This document shows positions 38,738 through 48,731 of a stretch of 64,000 nt of DNA, piece after piece. Under the pieces are notes generated by a model. That model saw only the letters and a program-made list of their open reading frames with translations. It did no database searches and was not told the DNA's origin. A program made the translations under genes and the position numbers. Every line of letters begins with the position of its first letter. The stretch's first letter is position 1. This DNA comes from an uncultured Bacteroidota bacterium (GTDB lineage Bacteria > Bacteroidota > Bacteroidia > Bacteroidales > GCA-2748055): contig CAWCAK010000002.1 of NCBI GenBank assembly GCA_963793455.1, forward strand, positions 245,308 to 309,307. The letters are read 5' to 3'.

Positions 38738-41053
38738 TTAATCCCCGTGGGTGTAGATCCCGTGCAGGTAACCATAAAGAGCCATCTTCCCACGCATGGT
38801 CTGACGCGGTGTGAACTCCCCGTTGGCCCAGCAGTACCTGGAATTGAAGAATGCTTCCTGGTGGGGCCATCCTCCCTCTTCCCAGTCCGGGTAACATCTT
38901 TCCGTGAACCATTCAGGGTGGGATCCAATGTTGGTTCCCCCCCAGTGATCCAGGTTGTTATAGGGTGTATGTCCGGGATGCAATCCGGGCACCCCGTCAT
39001 TGCGCCCGGCAGTATAACAGTTGATAATGTGCCGTTCTCCCAGCCCGGTCATCTCCACCGTGTTTGTGGGATTCCTTCCAAGGCCCCAGTCCACCTCCAG
39101 GAGCATGGCCTTTTCGAACAATTCCCTGTCTGCCGGGGAATCGGAAATGGCATGGGCCAGCATGACCATATGAAGGTTATGTGCGGTCTGCCAGTAGTTC
39201 TCCTCGGATGACTTCCGGGAGGGGCGCTTTTCCATAAGCGGGATGTGGTGCTCCATGGCCTGCTTTCTTACCGAGGCCTTCATGTTCCCGTAGAGTTCCG
39301 GGTAATGCCGCTCCCTGGGTGTGAACAGGTAGGCTGTGGTCCCCCAGGTCTGGATCCCTCCCCTGCGGTTCTCCACCAGGGCACCAGGATCCTTCATTAC
39401 ACTCTCTTTTGCCATGATATCCTCCCATTTCTTCTCCCCGGTAACATTGTAGAGGAAGGCTGCAGCCATCATCATGAAATCCCGTCCCCGCATGCGCCCG
39501 TCACCGATATCCTGCCGGTCATCCAGCTGGGTATCTTCCTGTTTTCCGGCAAACTCAAAGGCTTTGATAGCCTCTTTGGTATAATATGCCACCAGGTCAT
39601 CGTGCCCGGAGATCCGGAAACCCTCGGCCATCATAGCACAGTTGGCCGCATTGGCCCAGGCGGCCATGGTGGTGGCACCCGCCTGGAACATAAAGGTCCG
39701 CTCACTGGATGGATTGGTGAGCCCTTGTCCGTAGGCATCCCCGTGACGGACACTCAGAAAAAAGTCCACCTCGTTCCTGGCTTCATCCAGGATATCGGGG
39801 ATCCCATTGCCGCTCTCGGCGATCTGCAGGAGATCCTCGTCGATGGCTCCCCCGGTAAGGATGTATGGATAGAGCATGTCATAGATGTTGGAGACATGGG
39901 CCAGGTGCCGGTCCCAGTCCAGCGCATCGGAATGCCCTCCCACCGCATTGGGATTGGTGGGATTGCCGGGAGGCCTGTGTTCCCAGAACATGGATTCGGC
40001 AGCCGGCTTGAAATGAGGCTCATCCCAGGTATCTCCCCGGTGCTTTCTCCAGTCCGGATGGAATGGATGCAGGTCGGTGATATAGATGGTGAAACCTTCC
40101 GGGTCTTCCCCCGGGACAAATGTGGGGCGCCTGGGAACCGGCACCATCTCCATATGGTCTTCGCCGATACGCATGTAATAATACCCCCTGACAGAGAATT
40201 TGTAGGGTTCGAAGAATGCATCTTCCCGGATCTCAAACTCCCGGCTGCATCCCACCCCTTCGATGGCCAGCCTGTAGGTCCCGGGTCTTGAAAAACCGGA
40301 AAAATCGGCATTCCATACATCCGATCCTGTCAGGTTGCGCCCCCTGGCTTCGGCATCGGTATCTTTGCTCTTCCAGAAATTCACTGTCCCGGCCTGGTGT
40401 TTCTCACCGCTTTCAACGTTATACAGCCATACCCTGTTCCCTTCGAAATCACTGTAATCGCGCTGGCCCCCGTCACCCATCCACAGGTAGAGGTCTGCCG
40501 ATTTCACCGGCCCCCTGGGTACATACCCGATCATGTTCACATGCACCGCCTCCGAAAGGTTTGAGAAAATGTCAAAAGTGAAGGCTTTTTCAGCCACATC
40601 ACTGTTGGTTACCGGATTGATCTTCAGGGTATATTCCATCCCCTGTTTCAGGGCATGGGGAAGCTTCAGGAAGACCGAGTGCTCCAATGCATATTCCCAG
40701 TTGATGGTGGTATGGAATACCTTTGATTTGCGGTGGACTGCCACCGGTATTTGGCCTTTTGTCCCGTAATGATCATCCTCCGCAGAAGCAATGGCCCATG
40801 AACGTGTCCAGGAAACCGCTGTGAAATCGAGCCCCTGCCCGTAAACAACCAGGGTGTCATCCCCCTCTGCATAGTCATGACCTGTATAACCGCTCTCCCC
40901 TGTACCGTCATCCTTGAAAAGGACCTCGCCATCGGTGAAACTGACCATCAGGTATTCCCGGTCCACGATCCGGACCCCTGTCAGTTTGGTGGCAAATGTT
41001 ACGGAAAAGATGGAGGAAATTAAGATACAGCAAGTTAAAAGTTTGTTTTTCAT
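38738..41053 (-). CDS. glycoside hydrolase family 9-like protein with N-terminal Ig-like (CelD_N-type) domain
   Basis: Uninterrupted 771 aa with a signal peptide. The N-terminal pattern VNMIGYVPRGPVKSA...ADFSGFSRPGTYRLAIEGVGCSREFEI resembles the GH9 Ig-like domain. GGHSDALDWDRH resembles the GGW(Y/H)DAGD motif. The family call is from memory. Confidence 0.65.
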   Translation of the reverse strand: MKNKLLTCCILISSIFSVTFATKLTGVRIVDREYLMVSFTDGEVLFKDDGTGESGYTGHDYAEGDDTLVVYGQGLDFTAVSWTRSWAIASAEDDHYGTKGQIPVAVHRKSKVFHTTINWEYALEHSVFLKLPHALKQGMEYTLKINPVTNSDVAEKAFTFDIFSNLSEAVHVNMIGYVPRGPVKSADLYLWMGDGGQRDYSDFEGNRVWLYNVESGEKHQAGTVNFWKSKDTDAEARGRNLTGSDVWNADFSGFSRPGTYRLAIEGVGCSREFEIREDAFFEPYKFSVRGYYYMRIGEDHMEMVPVPRRPTFVPGEDPEGFTIYITDLHPFHPDWRKHRGDTWDEPHFKPAAESMFWEHRPPGNPTNPNAVGGHSDALDWDRHLAHVSNIYDMLYPYILTGGAIDEDLLQIAESGNGIPDILDEARNEVDFFLSVRHGDAYGQGLTNPSSERTFMFQAGATTMAAWANAANCAMMAEGFRISGHDDLVAYYTKEAIKAFEFAGKQEDTQLDDRQDIGDGRMRGRDFMMMAAAFLYNVTGEKKWEDIMAKESVMKDPGALVENRRGGIQTWGTTAYLFTPRERHYPELYGNMKASVRKQAMEHHIPLMEKRPSRKSSEENYWQTAHNLHMVMLAHAISDSPADRELFEKAMLLEVDWGLGRNPTNTVEMTGLGERHIINCYTAGRNDGVPGLHPGHTPYNNLDHWGGTNIGSHPEWFTERCYPDWEEGGWPHQEAFFNSRYCWANGEFTPRQTMRGKMALYGYLHGIYTHGD

Positions 41054-41176
41054 GTTAAAAGGCTTGTATTTTTACCTAAAAGTAGTTCATTTGTCACGAA
41101 TTTCAATCTGTGCCTGTTGGGGATCACGGACATTTTGTTACGCATCATATATTATGTAAATTAAATAATTCGAAAA

Positions 41177-41950
41177 ATGATTATGAAAACACCATTCAGA
41201 ATTTTGATTTCGGCACTCTTTGCTGTTGCCGTTTTGACCGGTTGCGAGGAAGACCCTGTTTTTCCGCTCGCTGCCTTTACCTATGAACCTTCCGAGGTTA
41301 CCGTGTATGACCAGGTGACCTTTACCAATGAGTCCGCCGATGCAACCAGTTATGCATGGGATTTTGGAGACGGGAACACCTCCACGGAGGAGAATCCGAC
41401 CCATGTATACATGAGTGCCGGGACCTATGCCGTGAAGCTGGTGGCCACCAACGCTGATGGTGATGCCGATGTGGAGATCACTATCGTGGTAAACGAACCA
41501 GACAATAACTATACCCTTGACGGGGTGGTGTACAGTATTGATTCAGAGATGTTCTGGTACTCAGTTTCAATGGGCGGGCCAACAGTTACATACATCAGGC
41601 TCATTACTGCTGTCCCTGGACAGGAGAATCCCGACTTGCTGAAATTGTATCCCAACATGGGCATCAACGAATTGCCCGGAACCTATACATTTGACAATGA
41701 CGAAGCACCTGTAGGCACCTATGATGTAGGGTACACATCAGGTTATGCAGGATTTAATTATGACTGGACTGCCATCGGGAAGACCGGATCGGGAGACCTG
41801 GTCATTACTGAACTGGAAACAGGTGTATACAAGTTCGAGGGCACCATGGTCCTCTCGGTTGGATCATATGATTATGAAACCGGAGAATTCACCGAAACCA
41901 GCACCAAGAACCTTACCCTTGATTATATTGGCGGGGTAACACCGCTGTAG
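41177..41950 (+). CDS. PKD domain-containing lipoprotein
   Basis: Lipobox (VLTGC). The PKD motif is WDFGDGNTSTEENPTHVYMSAGTYAVKLVATN. Confidence 0.75.
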   Translation: MIMKTPFRILISALFAVAVLTGCEEDPVFPLAAFTYEPSEVTVYDQVTFTNESADATSYAWDFGDGNTSTEENPTHVYMSAGTYAVKLVATNADGDADVEITIVVNEPDNNYTLDGVVYSIDSEMFWYSVSMGGPTVTYIRLITAVPGQENPDLLKLYPNMGINELPGTYTFDNDEAPVGTYDVGYTSGYAGFNYDWTAIGKTGSGDLVITELETGVYKFEGTMVLSVGSYDYETGEFTETSTKNLTLDYIGGVTPL

Positions 41951-41974
41951 CAACAGGTTTTACTGAATTTTAAG

Positions 41975-42011
41975 AGACCGCCCTGTGTTTTGCATGGGAC
42001 GGTCTTTTTTT
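41975..42011 (+). terminator. intrinsic terminator after the PKD gene
   Basis: Stem agaccgccc (41975-41983) / gggacggtct (41996-42005), followed by a run of 7 T. Confidence 0.6.
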
Positions 42012-42090
42012 AGCTGACCGCACAGGATTATTCTGGCTGGTCGGCCCAGTCGGCTCAGTCGATCTGACTATTCAAACAAAGGCAGACCGG

Positions 42091-43134
42091 CTATTCCGAT
42101 CCCAGGTATTTGAATTCCACAGTGGGGTGGTGGTCCACCCCGTTCAGCCGGTAATCAACCACCTGAAGCTTGAAATACATGATCTCCCCGGTTTCGTCAT
42201 CGAATTTCTTCAACAGGTATTTTTTATTGGGGTCCATGGAGAAAATGTTACCGGAGGTCTGGTCACCCAGCACCTTCCAATCGGCCCCGATAATCCCCTT
42301 CATATCGGTGAACTCAAAGGCGTCCACTGAAGAGAAGTCAAGCTCCTCGAAGGTGACCTCAGCAGAATCGATCTTGGCAGCCATCACTCCCGCTTCGTTA
42401 TTGATCATGATGCCGCTCATGTTAAATGGGGCATAGATTCCGGGGGTACTTGTTTCCCACCAGCCCCGGTAAGGCGTAAACAGGATATCCCACTCCCTGG
42501 AAAGCGGTTCAACAGGAACCGTTGCATGGGCAGCATAGGAGTAATAGACATAATTGAATCCTGTACTCCGGAAAACGGTTGCTTCATGTACCTGGTCCAG
42601 GGACCGGGCAGAAGCATACCTGAAGGTATAGGATTCCGCGTCCCGGGAACCATACTGGATGACATAGTAGTTATCGTCGGACAAACCCCTGTTCTGAAGG
42701 TAGATCTCCCCGTCCTCCCAGTGGTTGGTCAGGGCCAGCGAGTCCATGGTATTTACAAAAGTGGGGTCATCGAACACCCATTCATCGGAGTTTTCGACCA
42801 GGTCAATGACCAGGTCCTGCGTCAGTGCCGGATCACTGAAGTCATAAATACCCGTTCCCACAGCAGTGGAAAAACTGGACCAGCCCAGCAATACCCTGGT
42901 TCCCTCGCCAGCCGATTCGAAGGCCAGGTCCCACTTGGTATTGTATGAGGTGTCCACCTCCAGGACGGTATTCTCGTAAAACTTGTGAAAGGACTGGATC
43001 TTTTTGATGGAATGCTGGACCGTGAAGGTCTCCTCCACAGTGCGCGGAATGGGCTCCGTGTCTATCTCCTTGAAGCATGAAGAGAGCAGCATTGATGCCG
43101 CTGCCATCCCGGATATAATGACGAGGTTCTTCAT
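42091..43134 (-). CDS. HmuY-like lipoprotein
   Basis: Lipobox (LLSSC). WDLAF and EWDILF motifs resemble HmuY-family WDIAF. Located immediately downstream of a TonB-dependent receptor. Confidence 0.5.
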   Translation of the reverse strand: MKNLVIISGMAAASMLLSSCFKEIDTEPIPRTVEETFTVQHSIKKIQSFHKFYENTVLEVDTSYNTKWDLAFESAGEGTRVLLGWSSFSTAVGTGIYDFSDPALTQDLVIDLVENSDEWVFDDPTFVNTMDSLALTNHWEDGEIYLQNRGLSDDNYYVIQYGSRDAESYTFRYASARSLDQVHEATVFRSTGFNYVYYSYAAHATVPVEPLSREWDILFTPYRGWWETSTPGIYAPFNMSGIMINNEAGVMAAKIDSAEVTFEELDFSSVDAFEFTDMKGIIGADWKVLGDQTSGNIFSMDPNKKYLLKKFDDETGEIMYFKLQVVDYRLNGVDHHPTVEFKYLGSE

Positions 43135-43138
43135 GGAT

Positions 43139-45433
43139 CTACTTGATGAATTTCAGGTTCATTTTCACAAAGTATGTCCGGCCGTAATTCAGTGGACCAA
43201 AATACTCGGACTGGTAGTCCTCCTGCCCGAAGTCCCTGTACCCGGAAGTCCTTCGCTCATAATTATTGAATAGGTTCTTGCCGCCCACCACGATGTTCAG
43301 CCTGTTTTTCCAGAGGGTCTTGGAGAATGTGACCTCCAGGTCCCCGTACGGATCGGTATAGACCCTGTAGTATCCTCCGCGGTCCTCCTCCGGGATACCC
43401 GGGCTGTCCGGAATTACAGCAAGTGATGGGGTCTTCCCGTAATATTTCAGGTTGGCCATGACCACTGCCTTGATCTTTCTGAAGGAGTATTTTGCATTCA
43501 CAGTATAGTTATTGTAATAGACCATGGGCAGGTAACTCTCCAGCGAATCGTAACTGAAAGTCTCCCCGATCCTGCTGAACCCGGCACCCAGCGAGAGTCC
43601 GGCCGGGTGCATGTAAGAGGCGTTCAGTTCACCACCCACCGTCCGCCTTCCGCCCAGGTTCACATTGGTGGCAGAGTTGGATCCCACATCGGTGACGATC
43701 AGGGTAATGGCATCTTTCCCGTTGTTGTAGAAGAGGCTTGGTTCGACCTTCAGCCTGGATTGCCCCAGCGGTTGCACATAATCGAAGGAGGCATTGTAGC
43801 TGTTGGTGGTTTCGGCTTTCAGGTCTTTGTTGCCCGACAGGTCATGGTTGCTGTCCTTGAAATCCAGGTACAACTCCTTCAGCGAGGGTGCCCTGAATCC
43901 CCTGGCATAGGAGATCCTGAATCCCAGCCGTTTGACGATCTTCCACTGCAGGTTGAAGGAGGGAATAACCGGGGCACCGTAAATGCTGTTGTAGATGAAC
44001 CTGATCCCTGGCTGGATGGAGAGTTTATCAAGAGGGGCATACTGGCTGCTCACAAAAACCGCATAATCCCCGATTTCGGCATCTTCCTCCAGTTTGTCGC
44101 CGTGTCCGTTGTCGAAATTCACATCCCATCCGGCCATGAAGGAGAATTTATTCATGGTGGGCTTTTTGGTACCGGGGGGTGCCCAGGTGAAGTTCCCCCG
44201 GGTCATGTAGTTGTTGAATACCGTACTGGTGGTGCCGGTGATCTCGTGGGTCAACAGGAAAAGGTCCGAGGTAATATTGTCGGTCGTTCTTCCGAAGTAT
44301 GTATAGGCCCCTATAATGTTATAGGAGAGGTTCTCCGTGATCTGGTCGCTGATCACCACGCTGTTGGTGGAACGGGTGGTGTGGAAATCGTTGTCATAGG
44401 CCACCACTACCTTTTCAACGTAGTTGGCGTAGTTCTTCAGCAGGGAATTCATGTACTGGGACTTGATGCCCAGCCGGAAGTTGTTCTTTTTAAAGGTATA
44501 CTCGGCATCCGCGTTGTACACACGTTTGGGCTTGAACTCCATGTACCGGTTGTGCCCGTCAGCATCGGCCGTGTCCACATTCAGGTCGATGTCCACCCCC
44601 TGGAACAGGTTCCGGTTCCCTGACAGGGCCAGGGTATGCTTCCCGCGGATCATCGATCCGTAGAGCCCGAAGTTGTAGGTTCCCTTGCTGTCCACATAGG
44701 CATTGCCCCTGACAAGATTCTTGAAATAGCTGTTTTTCTTGGTGATGATATTGATCACCCCGGCAATGGCGCTGGTGCCATACTGTACCGACATGGGTCC
44801 CTGGACGATCTCGATGTGGTCGATGTTCTCCATGTTGATCTGTTCCAGGTCAATGTTTCCCCTCACCCGGCCAACCAGCGGAACCCCGTCTACGAGGTAC
44901 TTGATGTTTTCCCCGCCCATCCCCTGCATCTCGATGGAGGTCCCCGTGGAGGGATCCACAGAAAGGCGGATGTTGGTCTCGTTGGAGAGGGCCTCCGCCA
45001 GGTTGTTAACCCCCCGTTCCTGGAGGGTCCTTGCATCCACCACATCGATCTTGTAGATGGATTCGTCCACCGGCCTGGGCTCATACTGACCGGTGACCAC
45101 CACCGCCTCCATGCTGATCATATCGGTCTCCATGTTGATGGTTACCGATTCACCGGGAGTGATGGTATCCCTGTATGTCTGGTACCCCACGTAGGTGACG
45201 CAGATTCTGGCTGTCCGGGAAAGGTCAAACTCAATGACACCCTGGTCATCCGTCGCTCCCGCATCGATGTAGTGTCCTTCAAAATCGGACAGCACCACAT
45301 TGGTGTAGATGCAGGGTTCACTGGTCTGGCTGTCAATGACCCTGATCACCGTTTTCTGTGCCAGGACCTGGACAGAGAGGATCAGCAGCAGCGCAAGAAC
45401 CGGGTAACGGTATGTGGGTGAATGTCGCCCCAT
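43139..45433 (-). CDS. TonB-dependent receptor with N-terminal carboxypeptidase-regulatory-like domain
   Basis: Uninterrupted 764 aa. Plug region (LQERGVNNLAEALSNETNIRL, QGMGGENIKYLVDGVPLVGR) followed by a long beta-barrel. Confidence 0.9.
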   Translation of the reverse strand: MGRHSPTYRYPVLALLLILSVQVLAQKTVIRVIDSQTSEPCIYTNVVLSDFEGHYIDAGATDDQGVIEFDLSRTARICVTYVGYQTYRDTITPGESVTINMETDMISMEAVVVTGQYEPRPVDESIYKIDVVDARTLQERGVNNLAEALSNETNIRLSVDPSTGTSIEMQGMGGENIKYLVDGVPLVGRVRGNIDLEQINMENIDHIEIVQGPMSVQYGTSAIAGVINIITKKNSYFKNLVRGNAYVDSKGTYNFGLYGSMIRGKHTLALSGNRNLFQGVDIDLNVDTADADGHNRYMEFKPKRVYNADAEYTFKKNNFRLGIKSQYMNSLLKNYANYVEKVVVAYDNDFHTTRSTNSVVISDQITENLSYNIIGAYTYFGRTTDNITSDLFLLTHEITGTTSTVFNNYMTRGNFTWAPPGTKKPTMNKFSFMAGWDVNFDNGHGDKLEEDAEIGDYAVFVSSQYAPLDKLSIQPGIRFIYNSIYGAPVIPSFNLQWKIVKRLGFRISYARGFRAPSLKELYLDFKDSNHDLSGNKDLKAETTNSYNASFDYVQPLGQSRLKVEPSLFYNNGKDAITLIVTDVGSNSATNVNLGGRRTVGGELNASYMHPAGLSLGAGFSRIGETFSYDSLESYLPMVYYNNYTVNAKYSFRKIKAVVMANLKYYGKTPSLAVIPDSPGIPEEDRGGYYRVYTDPYGDLEVTFSKTLWKNRLNIVVGGKNLFNNYERRTSGYRDFGQEDYQSEYFGPLNYGRTYFVKMNLKFIK

Positions 45434-45440
45434 TGATCAC

Positions 45441-46523
45441 TTATCTTTTTGTTCTGGTCATATTTTCCGGTACGCAGAGGATAAAACTGGCCACATTGAG
45501 GTTCTCCTCCTCAAGCGTGCCAATGTCCTTCTGCAGGACTGATCCGATGGTTATGATCTTCAGGTTTTCCCGCTGTTGACGGAGGTGCCATACAATGCCC
45601 TCGAAATTGTCGGAATGGTAGGATCCGTTGAAATGGAACATGGTCTTGCCCTCTGACCAGTTCTGAAGGATGAAGTGCGCCATGGTGGCATCCTTGGCAG
45701 CCTGGGCCTTGGGAAGGTTTTCCATGGAAGGCATGGATTTACCCATACCCCCGGGAGGCATACCGTGTGGCGCATCACCACCCGCAGGCATCTTCTCTCC
45801 TGCGGGCATTGTCTTCTCCCCGCCAGGCATCTTCTCTCCTGCGGGCATTGTCTTCTCCCCGCCAGGCATCTTCTCTCCTGCGGGCATTGTCTTCTCCCCG
45901 CCAGGCATCTTTCCCCCGGGCATTTCCCCTTCTCCGGGCTTCTCCTTTCCCATCTCCATCATGTTCAGCATATCCTTGTAGCACTTCACTTCAGGATCAT
46001 ACCGCATGGGCAGGGGCGCCATGTAAGATTTGGCTTCATCGGTGAGGCCCTCCAGGCTTTCAAAGCCTTTCTTGTGGACCATGGATGCATAGCGTCGGGG
46101 GATGTTGGTGGCGATAAAGGGGATCTGGTGTTCTTTGGCGAATTCCACCAGGGGTTTGTAGTCGGTGTGGTAATTGCCCCATAACCGCATCTCCGCTTCA
46201 AATTTATCGGTCGGGTATTTACCTTCCAGGTATTCATTCAGGATCAGCTGGTTATCAGCTTCGAACATCTCCGCACCAAGGACCAGGGCCTCCTTCTTGC
46301 TTTTATACAGCTCTTTTGTGAGTTCGATCTGGAGCCAGTGTGCAATGGGATCGGTATGAAGTTCACCAAAGAAGATCATATCCGCCTCTTCCAGCGCTTT
46401 GATCATTTTGGAATACTTCACCTCTTTGCCATCCTGGTCATACAGCACATAGGCCGGTTTATCGGAAGTGAAACCCATGAATATCACGGTCAATATGAGG
46501 ATTAAATAATGGTGCTTCTTCAT
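45441..46523 (-). CDS. ChaN-family (haem-binding/uptake) lipoprotein with Met/Pro/Gly-rich repeat insertion
   Basis: Probable start at MKKHHYLILILTVIF (46523). IFFGELHTDPIAHWLQ is typical of the ChaN/Cofac_haem_bdg family (from memory). Contains three 13-aa repeats. Confidence 0.7.
   Translation of the reverse strand: MKKHHYLILILTVIFMGFTSDKPAYVLYDQDGKEVKYSKMIKALEEADMIFFGELHTDPIAHWLQIELTKELYKSKKEALVLGAEMFEADNQLILNEYLEGKYPTDKFEAEMRLWGNYHTDYKPLVEFAKEHQIPFIATNIPRRYASMVHKKGFESLEGLTDEAKSYMAPLPMRYDPEVKCYKDMLNMMEMGKEKPGEGEMPGGKMPGGEKTMPAGEKMPGGEKTMPAGEKMPGGEKTMPAGEKMPAGGDAPHGMPPGGMGKSMPSMENLPKAQAAKDATMAHFILQNWSEGKTMFHFNGSYHSDNFEGIVWHLRQQRENLKIITIGSVLQKDIGTLEEENLNVASFILCVPENMTRTKR
45784..45915. repeat. 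in-frame 39-bp tandem repeat x3.4 inside the ChaN-family gene
   Basis: The plus-strand unit gcaggcatcttctctcctgcgggcattgtcttctccccgcc is repeated. It encodes GEKMPGGEKTMPA x3 on the minus strand. Confidence 0.85.
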
Positions 46524-46560
46524 AGCTTTCAACTTTTTTGCCCAATGTAGCAATTTGTCT

Positions 46561-48714
46561 TTAATCTGTAGCAATTGGATGCAGCGCCTCACGGTTTTGA
46601 AGCTTTTGAGTTACGGCTGGTTGGTCTGCATAAGGGATCACATGGTCCATGGCGGAATTCAGTACGGGGAATACCCCTTTTAACACATTGTCGGGTGCAT
46701 CCCCCTCGAATCCAAGGTAGCCGTAGCTTCCGTAGTGAAACAGTTTCCTTGACAGCCCTTCCAGTGCCTCAGGATGGCGGCTGCCGATAAAACCGATGGT
46801 CTGTTCGGGATGGTCCCTTTCAGGTATGGCGTAGACCAGAGAGTTCTCAAGTGCCAGTGAATTGATCTTCCCCAGCTCATCCCCGGGAATAAGGTCATGA
46901 TACTCTTCCCCGATCTTTACCTGGTCGTAGAACCGGTTTTCAAATCCCATCACCCAGACCGGAGATCCCGCAGGGAGCTTATCCAGGTCAGAGTCCGTCA
47001 GGATCTCCACCTCTTTTCCCTGAGCCTCCTGTGTTCCTTTCCAGAATTGGGCCAGCACCCGGTAATCCCCCGTATTTCCCTTTTCCGGCAGGATGATGAC
47101 CGATTTTTTCGCCCCGAAAAGCTGCGACAGGGTGGAGGGCACTTCGCTGCGGTCGAGGGTTCTCATCATGTTGAATTGCGGGTCGATGCTGATCTTTAAG
47201 GGCCTGTTGATGAATGGGTATGAACAGCGGATCTTTCGTTCCTTCAGTGTTTCCCTGGTAAGATATACCTCCTTCTCATTCTCAAGCCAGATAGCCACCG
47301 GGACATTCAGGCTGAACAGATCAGCAGGCTGCACCTGCTCCAGGTCAAAGGTGAGTTCATACCCACCGGCGGACTGGTGGACCTGTACTTCGGAGATTTC
47401 GAGGGTGGGGGCACCCTTCCTGTTGATCCACTGTTCAAACATGGGTTCCAGGTCTTTCCCGGTAACCTCCTCAAAGCTGCTCCTGATGTCGTCATAAGAC
47501 GCATGCCGGAACCTGTTTTTGAGGTAGAACTCAGCATAGGACCTGATGAATGCTTCATCCCCCAGTTCATCACGCAGCATATTATTGAACATCAACACCT
47601 TTCCGTATCCAATGGCCTCCCCTGCCGGATTCTCCCTGGAGGTGAATTCCGATGGCGGGAAGTCATTCTCCTCATTCACGTAATCGGTGAATTTCTGCAA
47701 TGTATTCCTGCGGTAATCCCTTGCCAGACCCTGTTGTTCTTTGATCAGGTGGTCGGCCATGTAGGCTGTGATCCCTTCACACCAGTTCCCTTTGCTGTAG
47801 TCCACATATACACTGTTTCCCCAGTAGTTGTGCAGGAGCTCGTGTGGATAGGATGAATGCAGGATCCAGGGGAAGCGGATCACTTTTGGCCCCAGCAGGG
47901 TGAATGAAGGCATTCCGTAACCGGTCTCCCAGAAGTTCTCCACCAGGGCAAATTTTGTGTAGGGGTAGGGCCCGATCAATCCTTCGTACAGGTTCAGGTA
48001 GTGGCTTGTGACACCCAGGTACCGGTTGGCCAGTGATTCATCGGGTGAACGCAGGAAGGCCTGTACCAGTACACTTCCCGACTGGCGGGAGTATTCGGTC
48101 CACTGGCCTGCAATCAGGAACACCTCATCTGCCGGATCGGGAGAGCTGTATTGCACGGAACGCCTGCTGCCCCTCTCTTCGTTCAACGACCTGGTTCCCT
48201 GGGATACCACATTCCATGATCCGTCCAGCTCCACCGTCAGGTTGAAAGTGAACAGGCCGCTGTTTTCAAACGAAGGGATCCATCCGGTGGATCCTGCCAG
48301 GTAGATCCCCTCCGGGCTGATGACCCCGTCTGTCTCACTGAATCCGCGGGCATATTCGGCTGCACCGGTGACGATCTCCTCCTCAATCTTTCCCCGGTAA
48401 CGGATGGGAATCTTCAGGGCGCCCCTGCCCCCTGTTTTCACCACCACTTCATAGCGCTCCTGTGTGGATCCCTCGGCGCTTTTCAGCTTCTTAATCGGGT
48501 ATTCACCCCCATCCAGGTCCACCGACAGTTTACGGTTGAGGGCAAATAGCAGAGGCAGCTCCCCGGTTGTTGCCGGAGGAATCACCACCGTATCGGTAAC
48601 CTCGATACTGTTTTCGGAGTGGTTGATGTCTGCGTGGATCTCATGATGCAGAAGCTGGGCATGAATGGCACCGGATAGTGCGGTAAACAGGCATAGAAGC
48701 AGCAATTTTCTCAT
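46561..48714 (-). CDS. M1 family metallopeptidase
   Basis: 717 aa with a signal peptide and the HELLHNYWG...(18 aa)...E zinc motif. Confidence 0.88.
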   Translation of the reverse strand: MRKLLLLCLFTALSGAIHAQLLHHEIHADINHSENSIEVTDTVVIPPATTGELPLLFALNRKLSVDLDGGEYPIKKLKSAEGSTQERYEVVVKTGGRGALKIPIRYRGKIEEEIVTGAAEYARGFSETDGVISPEGIYLAGSTGWIPSFENSGLFTFNLTVELDGSWNVVSQGTRSLNEERGSRRSVQYSSPDPADEVFLIAGQWTEYSRQSGSVLVQAFLRSPDESLANRYLGVTSHYLNLYEGLIGPYPYTKFALVENFWETGYGMPSFTLLGPKVIRFPWILHSSYPHELLHNYWGNSVYVDYSKGNWCEGITAYMADHLIKEQQGLARDYRRNTLQKFTDYVNEENDFPPSEFTSRENPAGEAIGYGKVLMFNNMLRDELGDEAFIRSYAEFYLKNRFRHASYDDIRSSFEEVTGKDLEPMFEQWINRKGAPTLEISEVQVHQSAGGYELTFDLEQVQPADLFSLNVPVAIWLENEKEVYLTRETLKERKIRCSYPFINRPLKISIDPQFNMMRTLDRSEVPSTLSQLFGAKKSVIILPEKGNTGDYRVLAQFWKGTQEAQGKEVEILTDSDLDKLPAGSPVWVMGFENRFYDQVKIGEEYHDLIPGDELGKINSLALENSLVYAIPERDHPEQTIGFIGSRHPEALEGLSRKLFHYGSYGYLGFEGDAPDNVLKGVFPVLNSAMDHVIPYADQPAVTQKLQNREALHPIATD

Positions 48715-48731
48715 CTCTCTGTTTTTATTTT

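Noticed and set aside
39245-40291. Long antisense ORFs within large genes: 39245-40291 in the GH9-like gene, 43607-44623 and 44636-45421 in the TonB receptor, 29663-30466 in the RND pump, 23636-24442 in the MFS gene, 12123-12863 in panB, 13115-13753 in the RluA-family gene
   Set aside because: All lie opposite genes with clear family motifs. Their translations are Gly/Pro/His/Arg-rich without recognisable domains or signals.
45670-46184. Plus-strand ORFs (45670-45981, 45675-46184, 45767-46045) across the ChaN repeat region
   Set aside because: They are antisense to the ChaN-family gene and are kept open only by the 39-bp repeat. Their translations are repetitive Pro/Ser/Leu/Arg strings.
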